Of a stretch of 64,000 bases of DNA, positions 10,007-18,626 are shown piece after piece (position 1 is the first letter of the stretch; each line of letters opens with the position of its first letter). The translations under genes and the position numbers were made by a program. The notes beneath the pieces were generated by a model. It was not told the origin of the DNA, searched no databases, and saw nothing but the letters and a program-made list of their open reading frames with translations. The stretch is from Thermoanaerobaculia bacterium (GTDB taxonomy: Bacteria > Acidobacteriota > Thermoanaerobaculia > Multivoradales > UBA5704), in the NCBI GenBank assembly GCA_044226625.1, contig JBGAGQ010000012.1, positions 54,073-118,072 of the forward strand. Reading direction: 5' to 3'.

Positions 10007-10270
10007 AAAAGCGCCATTCAGGCGACCATGGACTCTGCCGGCCGACTCGTACTGCCGAAGGCGATCCGTGAAGAAGCCGGAGTCCTGCCGGGAGTCGTTC
10101 TTCACCTTCGAGTCCACGAGGGCAAGATCGAGATCGAACCTGCGCCCCGAGAAGTGAAGATCGTCCAAAAAGGACCCCTGCGGATCGCCGAATCGGTCGG
10201 CGATGGGCCAAAGCTCGGACAGGAGACAGTCGACCAGGTTCTCGGAGAAATCCGTGGAAGCGGGCGGTAG
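10004..10270 (+). CDS. vapB: AbrB/MazE/SpoVT-type antitoxin
   Basis: TMDSAGRLVLPKAIREEAGVLPG; overlaps the PIN gene. Confidence 0.88.
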   Translation: MKSAIQATMDSAGRLVLPKAIREEAGVLPGVVLHLRVHEGKIEIEPAPREVKIVQKGPLRIAESVGDGPKLGQETVDQVLGEIRGSGR

Positions 10271-10730
10271 CGAGGGGCTTGAGGCGACCGCTCTCGATGC
10301 GAGCGTAATCGTCGCCGGACTGCTCTCCTGGCACCAGCGTCACGAAGCTGCCGTCGCGGCACTCATGGAGCTGCTTGAACGCGATGCACGTCTCGTGCTC
10401 CCCGTCTACTCTCTGGTCGAAGCCTACGCCGTGATGACTCGCCTTCCGCCGCCTCATCGGTTGAGCCCGAAGAACGCTTTCGAAATCCTCTCGGGCTCGC
10501 TGCGGGGCCGGTGCACCCTCGTGAGCGTGGAGAGCGCCGAGGCCTGGGCGCTGATCGGCGACTTGAGCGAGCGATCCGTCGCGGGAGGAATGACCTACGA
10601 TGCTCTGATCACAGCCGCCGCCCGCAGAGGCGGCGCGAGTCGAATTTTGACCTTGAACCGTAACCACTTCGAAAGGGTCAAGGCTAAGGGTCTCAGGATT
10701 TCCGTCCCGGGCGAGGACGAGACGTCCTAA
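10254..10730 (+). CDS. vapC: PIN-domain toxin
   Basis: ALDASVIVA, LVEAYAVMTR, TYDALI, ILTLNRNHF. Confidence 0.88.
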   Translation: MEAGGSEGLEATALDASVIVAGLLSWHQRHEAAVAALMELLERDARLVLPVYSLVEAYAVMTRLPPPHRLSPKNAFEILSGSLRGRCTLVSVESAEAWALIGDLSERSVAGGMTYDALITAAARRGGASRILTLNRNHFERVKAKGLRISVPGEDETS

Positions 10731-10776
10731 CCCTCAGGCGCTCCGAGTGCGGAGCGGTGATCTCCGGTGCCTTTGT

Positions 10777-11466
10777 CTACTGCGATTTAACCGTCGACGG
10801 CTCGGGGAGAGCGCGGTCTCCCTCGGGCCGGTCCTCCGCCGGCCGGGCGGGCGGCCGGGGGGGCAGTTGCAGCGGCTCACCCAGAGCGCTCTCCATCAGG
10901 GTGAGCACGCGCTGGTCGATCATCGCGGTGATGCGGCCGAGGCGGTTCCAGATCGCGCGGGATTGCTCGTCGCGCTCCGCTTCGGTTTCTTCCGGCACCT
11001 CGGGGACGTCGAGGTCGCTCAGAAGGTCGAGCATTCCTTCGCCGAGAGGCTTCTTGATCCGTGGCTTGTCGAGCTTCGGAAACAGCACGGCGAAGAAGTC
11101 CTCATACGGGACGTCGATCGCGTCGAGGATCGCGAGCACCTCGTTGAGCGGAAGCCCCTCGCGCTTGAAGAGAAGGTGCGCGGTGAATCCCCGGTTCTTG
11201 TGGATCATCCGGTCCACTTCGCGCCATCCATAGCCGGCGGTTCGGATCAGACGCTCCAGCAGCTTGCGCGTCCGAGCGATCACCGCCTCGGCTTCCGGTC
11301 CCGGGGTGGCGGCCGGTTCGGGGGTCGTCCGACTCTCCGTACCTTTCCGGGGGCGGCCTTTGGCGCGAGGTTTCTTCGCGTTCGCTTCGGTCGCATCGGC
11401 GACGGTCGAGGCGGGCGCGGGTGCGGACTCAGTCGGCCCTGGGCGGTCGCTCATGGGCTTGAGCAT
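10777..11466 (-). CDS. XRE-like helix-turn-helix protein with low-complexity termini
   Basis: LERLIRTAGYGWREVDRMIHKNRGFTAHLLFKREGLPLNEVLAILDAIDVPYEDFF resembles the XRE 5-helix pattern. Confidence 0.7.
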   Translation of the reverse strand: MLKPMSDRPGPTESAPAPASTVADATEANAKKPRAKGRPRKGTESRTTPEPAATPGPEAEAVIARTRKLLERLIRTAGYGWREVDRMIHKNRGFTAHLLFKREGLPLNEVLAILDAIDVPYEDFFAVLFPKLDKPRIKKPLGEGMLDLLSDLDVPEVPEETEAERDEQSRAIWNRLGRITAMIDQRVLTLMESALGEPLQLPPRPPARPAEDRPEGDRALPEPSTVKSQ

Positions 11467-11503
11467 ACTGCATTCTCGGGAAGGCGCAGAATGGTTCGGC
11501 AGG

Positions 11504-11537
11504 AAAAAGGGGCGGCCCGCGCCGTGCGGACCGCCCC
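11504..11537 (-). terminator. Intrinsic terminator after the 145-aa gene
   Basis: GC stem GGGGCGG...CCGCCCC followed by TTTTT on the minus strand. Confidence 0.7.
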
Positions 11538-11581
11538 AAAACGAAAGCCAGCCATTCGCCTGCGCAGGTGCCGATTCCTGC

Positions 11582-12019
11582 TCAGGCGTTACCCTGCTCC
11601 GCCGCCATTTCCTGCAAGATGGCCGCGCGGATCGCGTCCTTCTCCTTCTGCTTCTGTTCCTGCTCCTTGAGCTTCTGCTCCTCGGGCTTCCGTTTGCCTC
11701 GGCGGCTGTTCACCTCCGGGTTCATGCCGTACGTCACCAGGACGGGATTGTTGAATCCGACGTGGGCGCCGACCAGCGCCGAGAGCCGGCGATGGACCGC
11801 CCCTCCCCGCACCGCGAGATCGCGGCGCGTCTTGACCGCCACTCGCAGGTTGCCCCGCTGCGCCTCCACCGTGGCATGCGCCGGCCGGAGCTCGAGAAGG
11901 ATCGTCTTCAAATCCAGGAACAGCTCGCTGGTTCCCGGGTACTTCGCAAGGTCGGGCTCGAGGTTGTCGAGCGTCGTCTGGTAGGTGTCGATGCGGTCGG
12001 AGTACGAACTGGATTTCAT
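11582..12019 (-). CDS. Hypothetical helical/coiled-coil protein (145 aa)
   Basis: AAGGAAG RBS, host-like codon use, own terminator; basic, charged C-terminus. Confidence 0.8.
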   Translation of the reverse strand: MKSSSYSDRIDTYQTTLDNLEPDLAKYPGTSELFLDLKTILLELRPAHATVEAQRGNLRVAVKTRRDLAVRGGAVHRRLSALVGAHVGFNNPVLVTYGMNPEVNSRRGKRKPEEQKLKEQEQKQKEKDAIRAAILQEMAAEQGNA

Positions 12020-12200
12020 GGTCTAATCTTCCTTGTCGTGTTAGGTAAAGTCCGGGCTCGGTGCCAGCCGGCCCGGACGAGTTTTCAGCGTTTCAGGCCC
12101 GCAAAGGCCTTCCCGCCGATTCCTACGAGCAGCGTTCCCAGAAAGCGAGTTTCGGGGTCCGAGAGCGACTCTCGGCGCCCGCCGCCCCGTTTTCGGGACG

Positions 12201-12440
12201 GGAAGTGATTTCCTGGCTTGGGAAGTGACTTCCTGGTCTGGCGAATGACTTCCTGGTCTGGGAAGTGACTCTCTGGCTTGGGAAGTGATTTCCTGGCTTG
12301 GGAAGTGACTTCCTGGTCTGGCGAATGACTTCCTGGTCTGGGAAGTGACTCTCTGGCTTGGGAAATGACTTCCCGGCTTGGGAAGCGACCTCCTGTCCTG
12401 GAAAGTGACTTCCTGACCTGGGAAGTGACTTCCTGGACCA
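12201..12440. repeat. Tandem array of 12 x 20-bp units, each with palindromic core GGAAGT-G-ACTTCC
   Basis: Consensus GGAAGTGACTTCCTGG(CT/TC)TG; units 1-4 are repeated exactly as units 5-8 (80-bp higher-order repeat). Confidence 0.95.
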
Positions 12441-12498
12441 GAGAGCGCCGTTCGGGAAGAGAACGCCGCTTGCGGAGCCGGCCGAACCGTAGCGCTCG

Positions 12499-12855
12499 TC
12501 ATACCGGCGTACCGGCGGCCGCTTTCGTCCAGCGCGAGGCGCTGAGCGCTTTGGCGACCGAAAGATCGGCTTCCGTCACGCCCCGGGCGCCGCCCAGCTG
12601 GACGACGACCAGGTTGTCCCGAACGGCGATCATCACGGGCGTCTTCTCGTCGCGGCAGGTCTCCACCACGAACGGCACGAAACGATCCGCCTCTTTGGCC
12701 GAGCTCAGGCGGAAGCTGCACTCGACCCGCTGCCGCGGCGGCCCCAGGGACCATCCGGGCAGCGAGAGCAACGCGATTTGGATTCGCTCGGACTTGAGCC
12801 GGGACGGCGGCTGCGATTTCGTTCCGAAGGGAGGGGTAGCGGACTTCTGAGTCAT
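12499..12855 (-). CDS. Pterin-4a-carbinolamine dehydratase (PCD/DCoH)-like protein lacking catalytic histidines
   Basis: LKSERIQIALLSLPGWSL, F..A..FV..V, GVTEADLSVAKAL; AAGGAG RBS; no HHP motif. Confidence 0.7.
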   Translation of the reverse strand: MTQKSATPPFGTKSQPPSRLKSERIQIALLSLPGWSLGPPRQRVECSFRLSSAKEADRFVPFVVETCRDEKTPVMIAVRDNLVVVQLGGARGVTEADLSVAKALSASRWTKAAAGTPV

Positions 12856-12970
12856 GGGTGCTGCTCCTTTTCCACATTGGCGCGTCGGCGGAATGCCGGC
12901 GAACCTCACACGCGCACGGAGCGGCTCGGGGGTTCCGTTTCCAGCTCTGTTGCGCGCGCTTCCGGTGGGC

Positions 12971-12998
12971 ATTCTGCGCATTCAATCTGTTCTGTCAA
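12971..12998 (-). promoter_or_regulatory. Putative sigma70 promoter for the PCD-like gene
   Basis: TTGACA-16 nt-CAGAAT on the minus strand. Confidence 0.4.
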
Positions 12999-13548
12999 GA
13001 GCAGATTCGTCGGCGTCGACAGAATTTCCGCTCTCCGTGCAAGTTAAATCCGGAGGGAAGAGTCTCTGCGGATTGAGTTTGCTCGCGGTCCGCTTCGGCC
13101 CTCAGGAAGGCCTCTCGGTTCGCTGAATCCAACCCAAATTCGCGGAATCGAGCATTCCGGGGCGGAGCGGCGCCTCGCCGGAGGGTGCCTCCCGCCGTTT
13201 CAAAACGCTCTCAAGCCGCCGCCGGCGGACTCACTTACCCGGGTAGATCCTTGATTCCGCCGAGAGGTCCGTGCGGGGGTGCGTTCAGCGGATGCGCTGC
13301 CGACCAAGAGAAGCGAACGCAAAACGAGTCGGTATTCACCAGATCGAGAATAAGATGTCGAAATCAGTAATTCGAGCGGCGACCTGGGGAACCCCGAATT
13401 CTCTGCGAGGGGACACCTCAACGACCCCCACTCGCCGCACGGAACTCGCGATAATCGCGAACCAACTCGTGACGCATCCGCGTTGCCACCGCGGGCTCCG
13501 GGGCCAATTCCGACTCCGCGACGGCCCGCGGGCCAGGGAGATTCCTCC

Positions 13549-13881
13549 ATGTCGGCATCACTGCGAAACACCCCGAATCCCGCGCCGCACTCCCCCTCGA
13601 AAAAGTTGAGCAAAGCGACAACAGGCGGCCGCCGCCGTGCGGCCGCCGCCGCCGTGACCCTGCTTCTCGCCACGGTACCCGCTGCCGCCGCACCAGGCCG
13701 GTCGGAGAGCTCCTCGGAAACTTTGCACGCGGCGGTTGCCCGACTCTGGGAGCGGATCGCCGCTGCGCCGAGCGTGTTCGCGGGGCTTTGGGAGGAAGTT
13801 GGGGCGGCGATCGACCCCCACGGAACACCGAGTTCCGATCCTCCGCCGACTTTTGGAGCGGCTATCGATCCTCACGGATAG
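13549..13881 (+). CDS. Small secreted peptide precursor with two GAAIDPHG repeats
   Basis: GGGAG RBS; basic n-region (RRR) + hydrophobic h-region + AxA site; the two repeats differ only at synonymous positions. Confidence 0.8.
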   Translation: MSASLRNTPNPAPHSPSKKLSKATTGGRRRAAAAAVTLLLATVPAAAAPGRSESSSETLHAAVARLWERIAAAPSVFAGLWEEVGAAIDPHGTPSSDPPPTFGAAIDPHG

Positions 13882-14056
13882 ACGACTACCCCGTGGCCCT
13901 GCTTTGCAGGCGGCGATGTTCGTCGCCGCCTGCTTGAGGCGAGGAGTCCGAAATTGCGAAGCTCGCGCTGATCGTATTCCCCAGCTCGTGCCTTGTGCGA
14001 AAATACGCCCAGCCCCGAAAATCTCGGAAGCAATCCTTCCAGCGGTGCGAGGAAGC

Positions 14057-15397
14057 ATGGCCGAACACCCCGACTTGACGGAATCTGAGCTGGCCGCCTT
14101 GCGCAGGGGGGAGCTCCCTCCAGGCCCGCGCGGTCTCTTGATCGCCATCCACCTTCGCGGCGAGTGTTCGGTCTGCCTCAAGCGATGGGGCCACCGGCTC
14201 GCTCCGGTCTTGAGTCCCTGGTGGGAAGGAGATGAGTCACCAGAGAGCAGCGACTACATGGACGTCCGTTTCGACTTCGCGGTCCGGAGCGCACTCAAGA
14301 AGGTCCAAAAGCGAGAGCCGGAGATCGCAGCCGCGCTTGCCCAAGCGTCGCAGGAGGTGGACGGAACGGCCGTCCTGTCGCATGGCCGACTTCCTCGCGG
14401 CACGGCCGAGCTTCAGTGGGCCCGCGCACAGAAATGGCTCGCCGAGGCACGGTCGAATCGGCGCCAGGCGCCGGAGGAGTACCAGGTCATCGCAGGCCTA
14501 GCCGCCGCCTACGCGCATCGCTTGAACGAGGAAGATCACGCGCCAGGGGACGTAGCCGATCTTCAAGCGCTCACGCTGGCCGAAGCAGCGAACGGCCATC
14601 GCCGCGCCCGCCGATTCCCTCAGGCCGAGGCGCTCTTTGCCCAGGCGATGGAGAAGATCCGGGAGGGAACCCAGCTCCGGTCGTTCGCCTTGGCGATCGC
14701 TAGTCAATCGGCAAGCTTGTTGATGGACCAGCGAAATTTGAACAGCGCGGTGCTCCTGCTGCGCCGTACTTTCAAGGGGTACGAATCGCTCGGTCTTCGG
14801 CAGGAAGCTGGCGAAGAGGCTTTGGTGTTGGGGTGCGCCTACCACTACATGGGCCGTAGTGAGCTCGCGCTCGAAGCGTTCCTCCAGGCGCTCGAGCGGC
14901 TGGACGGTGCCCGCGATCCGCAGTTGGCGGTCGCGGTGATCACCAACATCCTCCTCGCCTACCTCGACCTGGAGCAGTGCTCGGCCGCTCAGCGACTTTT
15001 CCCCAAGGCCGCCGAAATGCACCGGCGGTTCGGAACCGCGCTAGATCGCCTCAAGCTCGACTGGCTGGGCGCGAAACTTCTGGCTGGCGAAGGGCGCCTG
15101 GTGGAAGCCGGCCGCGCCTACGAAGACCTCATCGCCGACTTCGAGCGCCAGGGCCAATACGCCGAATCCGCGGTCGTCCGCCTCGAGCTAGCCGGGCTCT
15201 ACCTCCAGCGCCAACGCTTCGACCGCGCCCAGATCGTGCTCGAAGACGTACGCGAAGTGTTCCAGTCGATCGGCATCCACCGCGAAGCCTTCGCCGCCCT
15301 CCTGCTGCTCAAACAGGCCGTCGTCGGAGAATGCGCCACGATGGAGATGGTGCGGAAGGTGGTCGCGGCGATGGAGGTGGGGGGGAAGGGGCGGTAG
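14057..15397 (+). CDS. TPR-repeat protein with N-terminal anti-sigma-like zinc finger
   Basis: GAGGA RBS; MAEHP...IHLRGECSVC; multiple TPR-like helix pairs (LGCAYHYMGRSELALEAFLQALE etc.). Confidence 0.8.
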   Translation: MAEHPDLTESELAALRRGELPPGPRGLLIAIHLRGECSVCLKRWGHRLAPVLSPWWEGDESPESSDYMDVRFDFAVRSALKKVQKREPEIAAALAQASQEVDGTAVLSHGRLPRGTAELQWARAQKWLAEARSNRRQAPEEYQVIAGLAAAYAHRLNEEDHAPGDVADLQALTLAEAANGHRRARRFPQAEALFAQAMEKIREGTQLRSFALAIASQSASLLMDQRNLNSAVLLLRRTFKGYESLGLRQEAGEEALVLGCAYHYMGRSELALEAFLQALERLDGARDPQLAVAVITNILLAYLDLEQCSAAQRLFPKAAEMHRRFGTALDRLKLDWLGAKLLAGEGRLVEAGRAYEDLIADFERQGQYAESAVVRLELAGLYLQRQRFDRAQIVLEDVREVFQSIGIHREAFAALLLLKQAVVGECATMEMVRKVVAAMEVGGKGR

Positions 15398-15564
15398 ACC
15401 CTGAACGCCGCAGAGAGATCGCGGCAACGCTAACGAGAGGTTGAAATCGTGCCTAATCTGCTGCGCGAGATTCGCGCGGCTTCTGTCTGATAGAGCACGG
15501 GCGGAGGATTTTGGCGTACAATTATTCATCTCCCATCTAAAAGCCCGCCCGGGGGCAAGCTCTA

Positions 15565-18417
15565 GTGACGACGATTTTCCACAGCGCCTTTTGGGCGCAC
15601 AGCCTCACGCTCGAAGCTCCGCCCGGAACGATCGAAAGCCTTTCACGTTCCCTCACAAGCGCTCGTGTGGACCTCAATCCTCATCAGGTCGACGCAGCTC
15701 TCTTCGCCATCCAGTCTCCCCTGTCTCGCGGTGTAATTTTAGCCGACGAAGTGGGCCTCGGGAAAACAATAGAGGCAGGCCTGGTAATTGCTCAGCGCTG
15801 GGCTGAACGTCGGCGCCGCATATTGCTGATTGTGCCTGCAACCTTACGAAACCAGTGGCAGCAGGAACTCTCAGACAAATTTCAGCTACCAGTCCGCATT
15901 CTTGATGCTGCCACATATCGGGCGTTTAGTGCACCAGGAGAGGCAAATCCCTTCGACAGCCAGGATTCAATTCTGCTGTGCTCGTACCAGTTCGCAGCAA
16001 TAAAAGCCACGGATATGAATGCTGTCGAGTGGGATCTCGTTGTCTTAGATGAGGCCCACCGGCTACGCAATGTGTACAAGGGAAACTCTAAGATTGCCCA
16101 ATCCATAAAGGATTCTCTCGCCCTAAGGCGAAAACTGCTACTAACCGCCACGCCACTCCAAAACTCGCTTCTCGAACTGTACGGTCTTGTGAGCCTTATC
16201 GACGACTATGTCTTCGGCGACATCGCCAACTTCCGCGAACAGTTCATGCGCGGTACCAATGAGAGCCGACGGAACGAGAATTTACGATTGCGAATTCAGC
16301 CGTTGTGCCGTCGGACACTGCGGAAGCAGGTTCAAGAGTACGTGCGGTTCACTAAGAGAGTTCCCATCACCCAGAGATTTGTTCCGAGCGATGCAGAACA
16401 GAGTCTTTATGACAGCGTTTCGGCGTACCTCCAGCGCGAGGAGTCATACGCCCTACCTAGTGGACAGCGCACGCTCTTGACGATGGTTCTTCGGAAGCTA
16501 CTCTCCTCCTCCACCTACGCCATCGCGGGTACGCTTCACCGAATGATCAATCGGCTTGAGGCAGTTGAGCAGCAAGCTTCGGAGCAACTCCTCGATGAGG
16601 TGGATTTCGAGGCGATACGCGAAGTCATTGACGAATGGAACGACCTCCCACCGCCCAACGCGAGTGAGGCGAATTCCTCGATTGACTTAAAGTCCCTTCG
16701 CACCGAACTCGACGAGCTACGGCAATATGCGGCTGCGGCCGATCGTATTCCGACCAACTCCAAAGGCGACGCGCTTCTGCTCGCGCTCCCGTTAGCCCTT
16801 GAAAAGGCGGAGTCTCTAGGCGCGCCTCGCAAAGCTGTACTATTCACCGAATCCAGGCGCACACAAACCTACCTTGCTCTGTTGCTGGCAGGCAACGGCT
16901 ATGCCGGGCAGATGGTTCTGATCAACGGCGACAATAGTGATCCAGATTCACGCGCAATCTTCGAGAACTGGCTCGAGCGCCATCGCGGTTCCGAAAGAGT
17001 CTCAGGCTCGCGAGCCGTCGATACCAAGGCAGCGCTTGTCGAGGAGTTCCAAGATCGCCGGACACTCCTGATCGCGACGGAGTCCGCCGCCGAAGGAGTA
17101 AATCTCCAGTTTTGTTCACTCGTCGTCAACTACGATCTCCCTTGGAATCCCCAGCGCGTCGAACAGCGGATCGGCCGTTGTCATCGCTATGGCCAATTGC
17201 ATGACGTTGTCGTGGTGAATTTTCTGAACGATCGCAATGCCGCAGACCAACGGGTCTTTCGCTTGTTGTCAGAAAAATTCAAACTCTTTGAAGGGGTGTT
17301 CGGCGCAAGCGACGAAATCCTAGGGGCAGTGGAGTCTGGCGTCGACATTGAGCGTCGGATTATGGACGTGTATCAGACTTGCCGAACACCCGAAGCCATC
17401 GCACAGGCGTTTGATCGACTACAGGAAGATCTCGAACCTCAGATTGGCGAGACGATCAAGGCAACGCGACGCGCGATTCTCGAGAACTTCGACGATGAGG
17501 TGCAAAGGCGCCTTAGAGGAGTAAAAGACGAAGCCGATAGAATGTTGGTAGGCCACCAGCAGTCGCTCTGGTGCCTTGCGAAACACGAACTGGCCGGCAG
17601 GGCATCCTTTGATGAGTTGGACAAGTTCATGACTCTACTAGATGGTACGTCGCGATCCTACTACCTCTCGTGGCCCGTAGCTGATAAGAAGGACGCAATA
17701 TTCTTCCACCCCAGCCACGAAATTGCGTCGCAACTCATAAGTGCCGCGAAATCGAGAACCCTCAAGCCAAGGCATCTACGTTTCGAGTATAGGTCTCCAC
17801 CGCGGTATGTCGCGCTAGAGCCCTACCTCGGCTGTAGCGGATGGCTAGAACTAACCCGCTTATCCATCGAACAACGCGGTACGGAAGAGCACCTCATTGC
17901 CGCTGCGATTCTCGACGGCGGAGCGCCCCTCCCTCCAGACCTAGCAATCAGGCTTTTTGACCTTGAGGCTAAAGTGGAAGACCCTGCACGCGGCGTTGCG
18001 CCAGTCTTCGACGAGATTCGAACTCGTGAGGCCGATCGCGTTGCAGCCACTGCCCGCCGACGCCACGAGCAGGCGCTCGCGGTGGAGGAATCTAAGCTCG
18101 AGCAATGGGCGGAGGATGCAAAGGGTGGACTTGAACGCGATCTAAAGACCCTCGATAGCGAAATTCGGGAGGTGAGAAGGGCAGCCCGCAATGCACCAGC
18201 ATTGGCCGACAAATTGGACGGCCAGCGTCGTATCCGCGACTTAGAGGGGCGCCGAAACCGCAAGCGCAGGGAGTTGTTCGAGCAGCAAGACAGAATTGAT
18301 GCGAAGAGAGACGAGCTGATACTTGCAATCGAAAGACAGCTCGATCTCCAGATCAAGGCCGTTCAAGTTTTTTCCATCTCTTTCACAATACACGATTCGC
18401 GCAGAGAGGAAAGGTGA
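15565..18417 (+). CDS. SNF2-family (RapA/DrmD-like) helicase
   Basis: LADEVGLGKT, DEAH, TATP, EGVNLQ, YDLPWNPQRVEQRIGRCHRYGQ; coiled-coil C-terminus; low GC. Confidence 0.93.
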   Translation: MTTIFHSAFWAHSLTLEAPPGTIESLSRSLTSARVDLNPHQVDAALFAIQSPLSRGVILADEVGLGKTIEAGLVIAQRWAERRRRILLIVPATLRNQWQQELSDKFQLPVRILDAATYRAFSAPGEANPFDSQDSILLCSYQFAAIKATDMNAVEWDLVVLDEAHRLRNVYKGNSKIAQSIKDSLALRRKLLLTATPLQNSLLELYGLVSLIDDYVFGDIANFREQFMRGTNESRRNENLRLRIQPLCRRTLRKQVQEYVRFTKRVPITQRFVPSDAEQSLYDSVSAYLQREESYALPSGQRTLLTMVLRKLLSSSTYAIAGTLHRMINRLEAVEQQASEQLLDEVDFEAIREVIDEWNDLPPPNASEANSSIDLKSLRTELDELRQYAAAADRIPTNSKGDALLLALPLALEKAESLGAPRKAVLFTESRRTQTYLALLLAGNGYAGQMVLINGDNSDPDSRAIFENWLERHRGSERVSGSRAVDTKAALVEEFQDRRTLLIATESAAEGVNLQFCSLVVNYDLPWNPQRVEQRIGRCHRYGQLHDVVVVNFLNDRNAADQRVFRLLSEKFKLFEGVFGASDEILGAVESGVDIERRIMDVYQTCRTPEAIAQAFDRLQEDLEPQIGETIKATRRAILENFDDEVQRRLRGVKDEADRMLVGHQQSLWCLAKHELAGRASFDELDKFMTLLDGTSRSYYLSWPVADKKDAIFFHPSHEIASQLISAAKSRTLKPRHLRFEYRSPPRYVALEPYLGCSGWLELTRLSIEQRGTEEHLIAAAILDGGAPLPPDLAIRLFDLEAKVEDPARGVAPVFDEIRTREADRVAATARRRHEQALAVEESKLEQWAEDAKGGLERDLKTLDSEIREVRRAARNAPALADKLDGQRRIRDLEGRRNRKRRELFEQQDRIDAKRDELILAIERQLDLQIKAVQVFSISFTIHDSRREER

Positions 18418-18626
18418 TGACGATAGATGAGCCAGCGGGACTTTTTGACCTCACTCCGAGCCAACGTTTAGCGAAAGAGATCGCGCAGGCGCTAGTAGAG
18501 GAAGGTCTTGTCGAGAAGGCGAAGAGCCAAAAACTGGAGTTGGGCCTTGCTGAGGGTTCTCTTGGTCCTGGCGATTGGAGAGTCTTTGTCGAGGTGGCCG
18601 CCGACCGTGAGCGGAAATGCCAATGA
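18414..18626 (+). CDS. Small hypothetical protein, translationally coupled at both ends
   Basis: Start overlaps the helicase stop (GTGA); stop overlaps the next ATG (ATGA). Confidence 0.75.
   Translation: MMTIDEPAGLFDLTPSQRLAKEIAQALVEEGLVEKAKSQKLELGLAEGSLGPGDWRVFVEVAADRERKCQ

Noticed and set aside
12201-12440. CRISPR array or coding repeat (ORF 12041..12985)
   Set aside because: No unique spacers and no cas genes. The 20-bp period cycles through all frames, so the overlapping ORFs are probably spurious.
13736-14056. N-terminal extension of the TPR ORF
   Set aside because: It overlaps the peptide gene, and an RBS supports the start at 14057.
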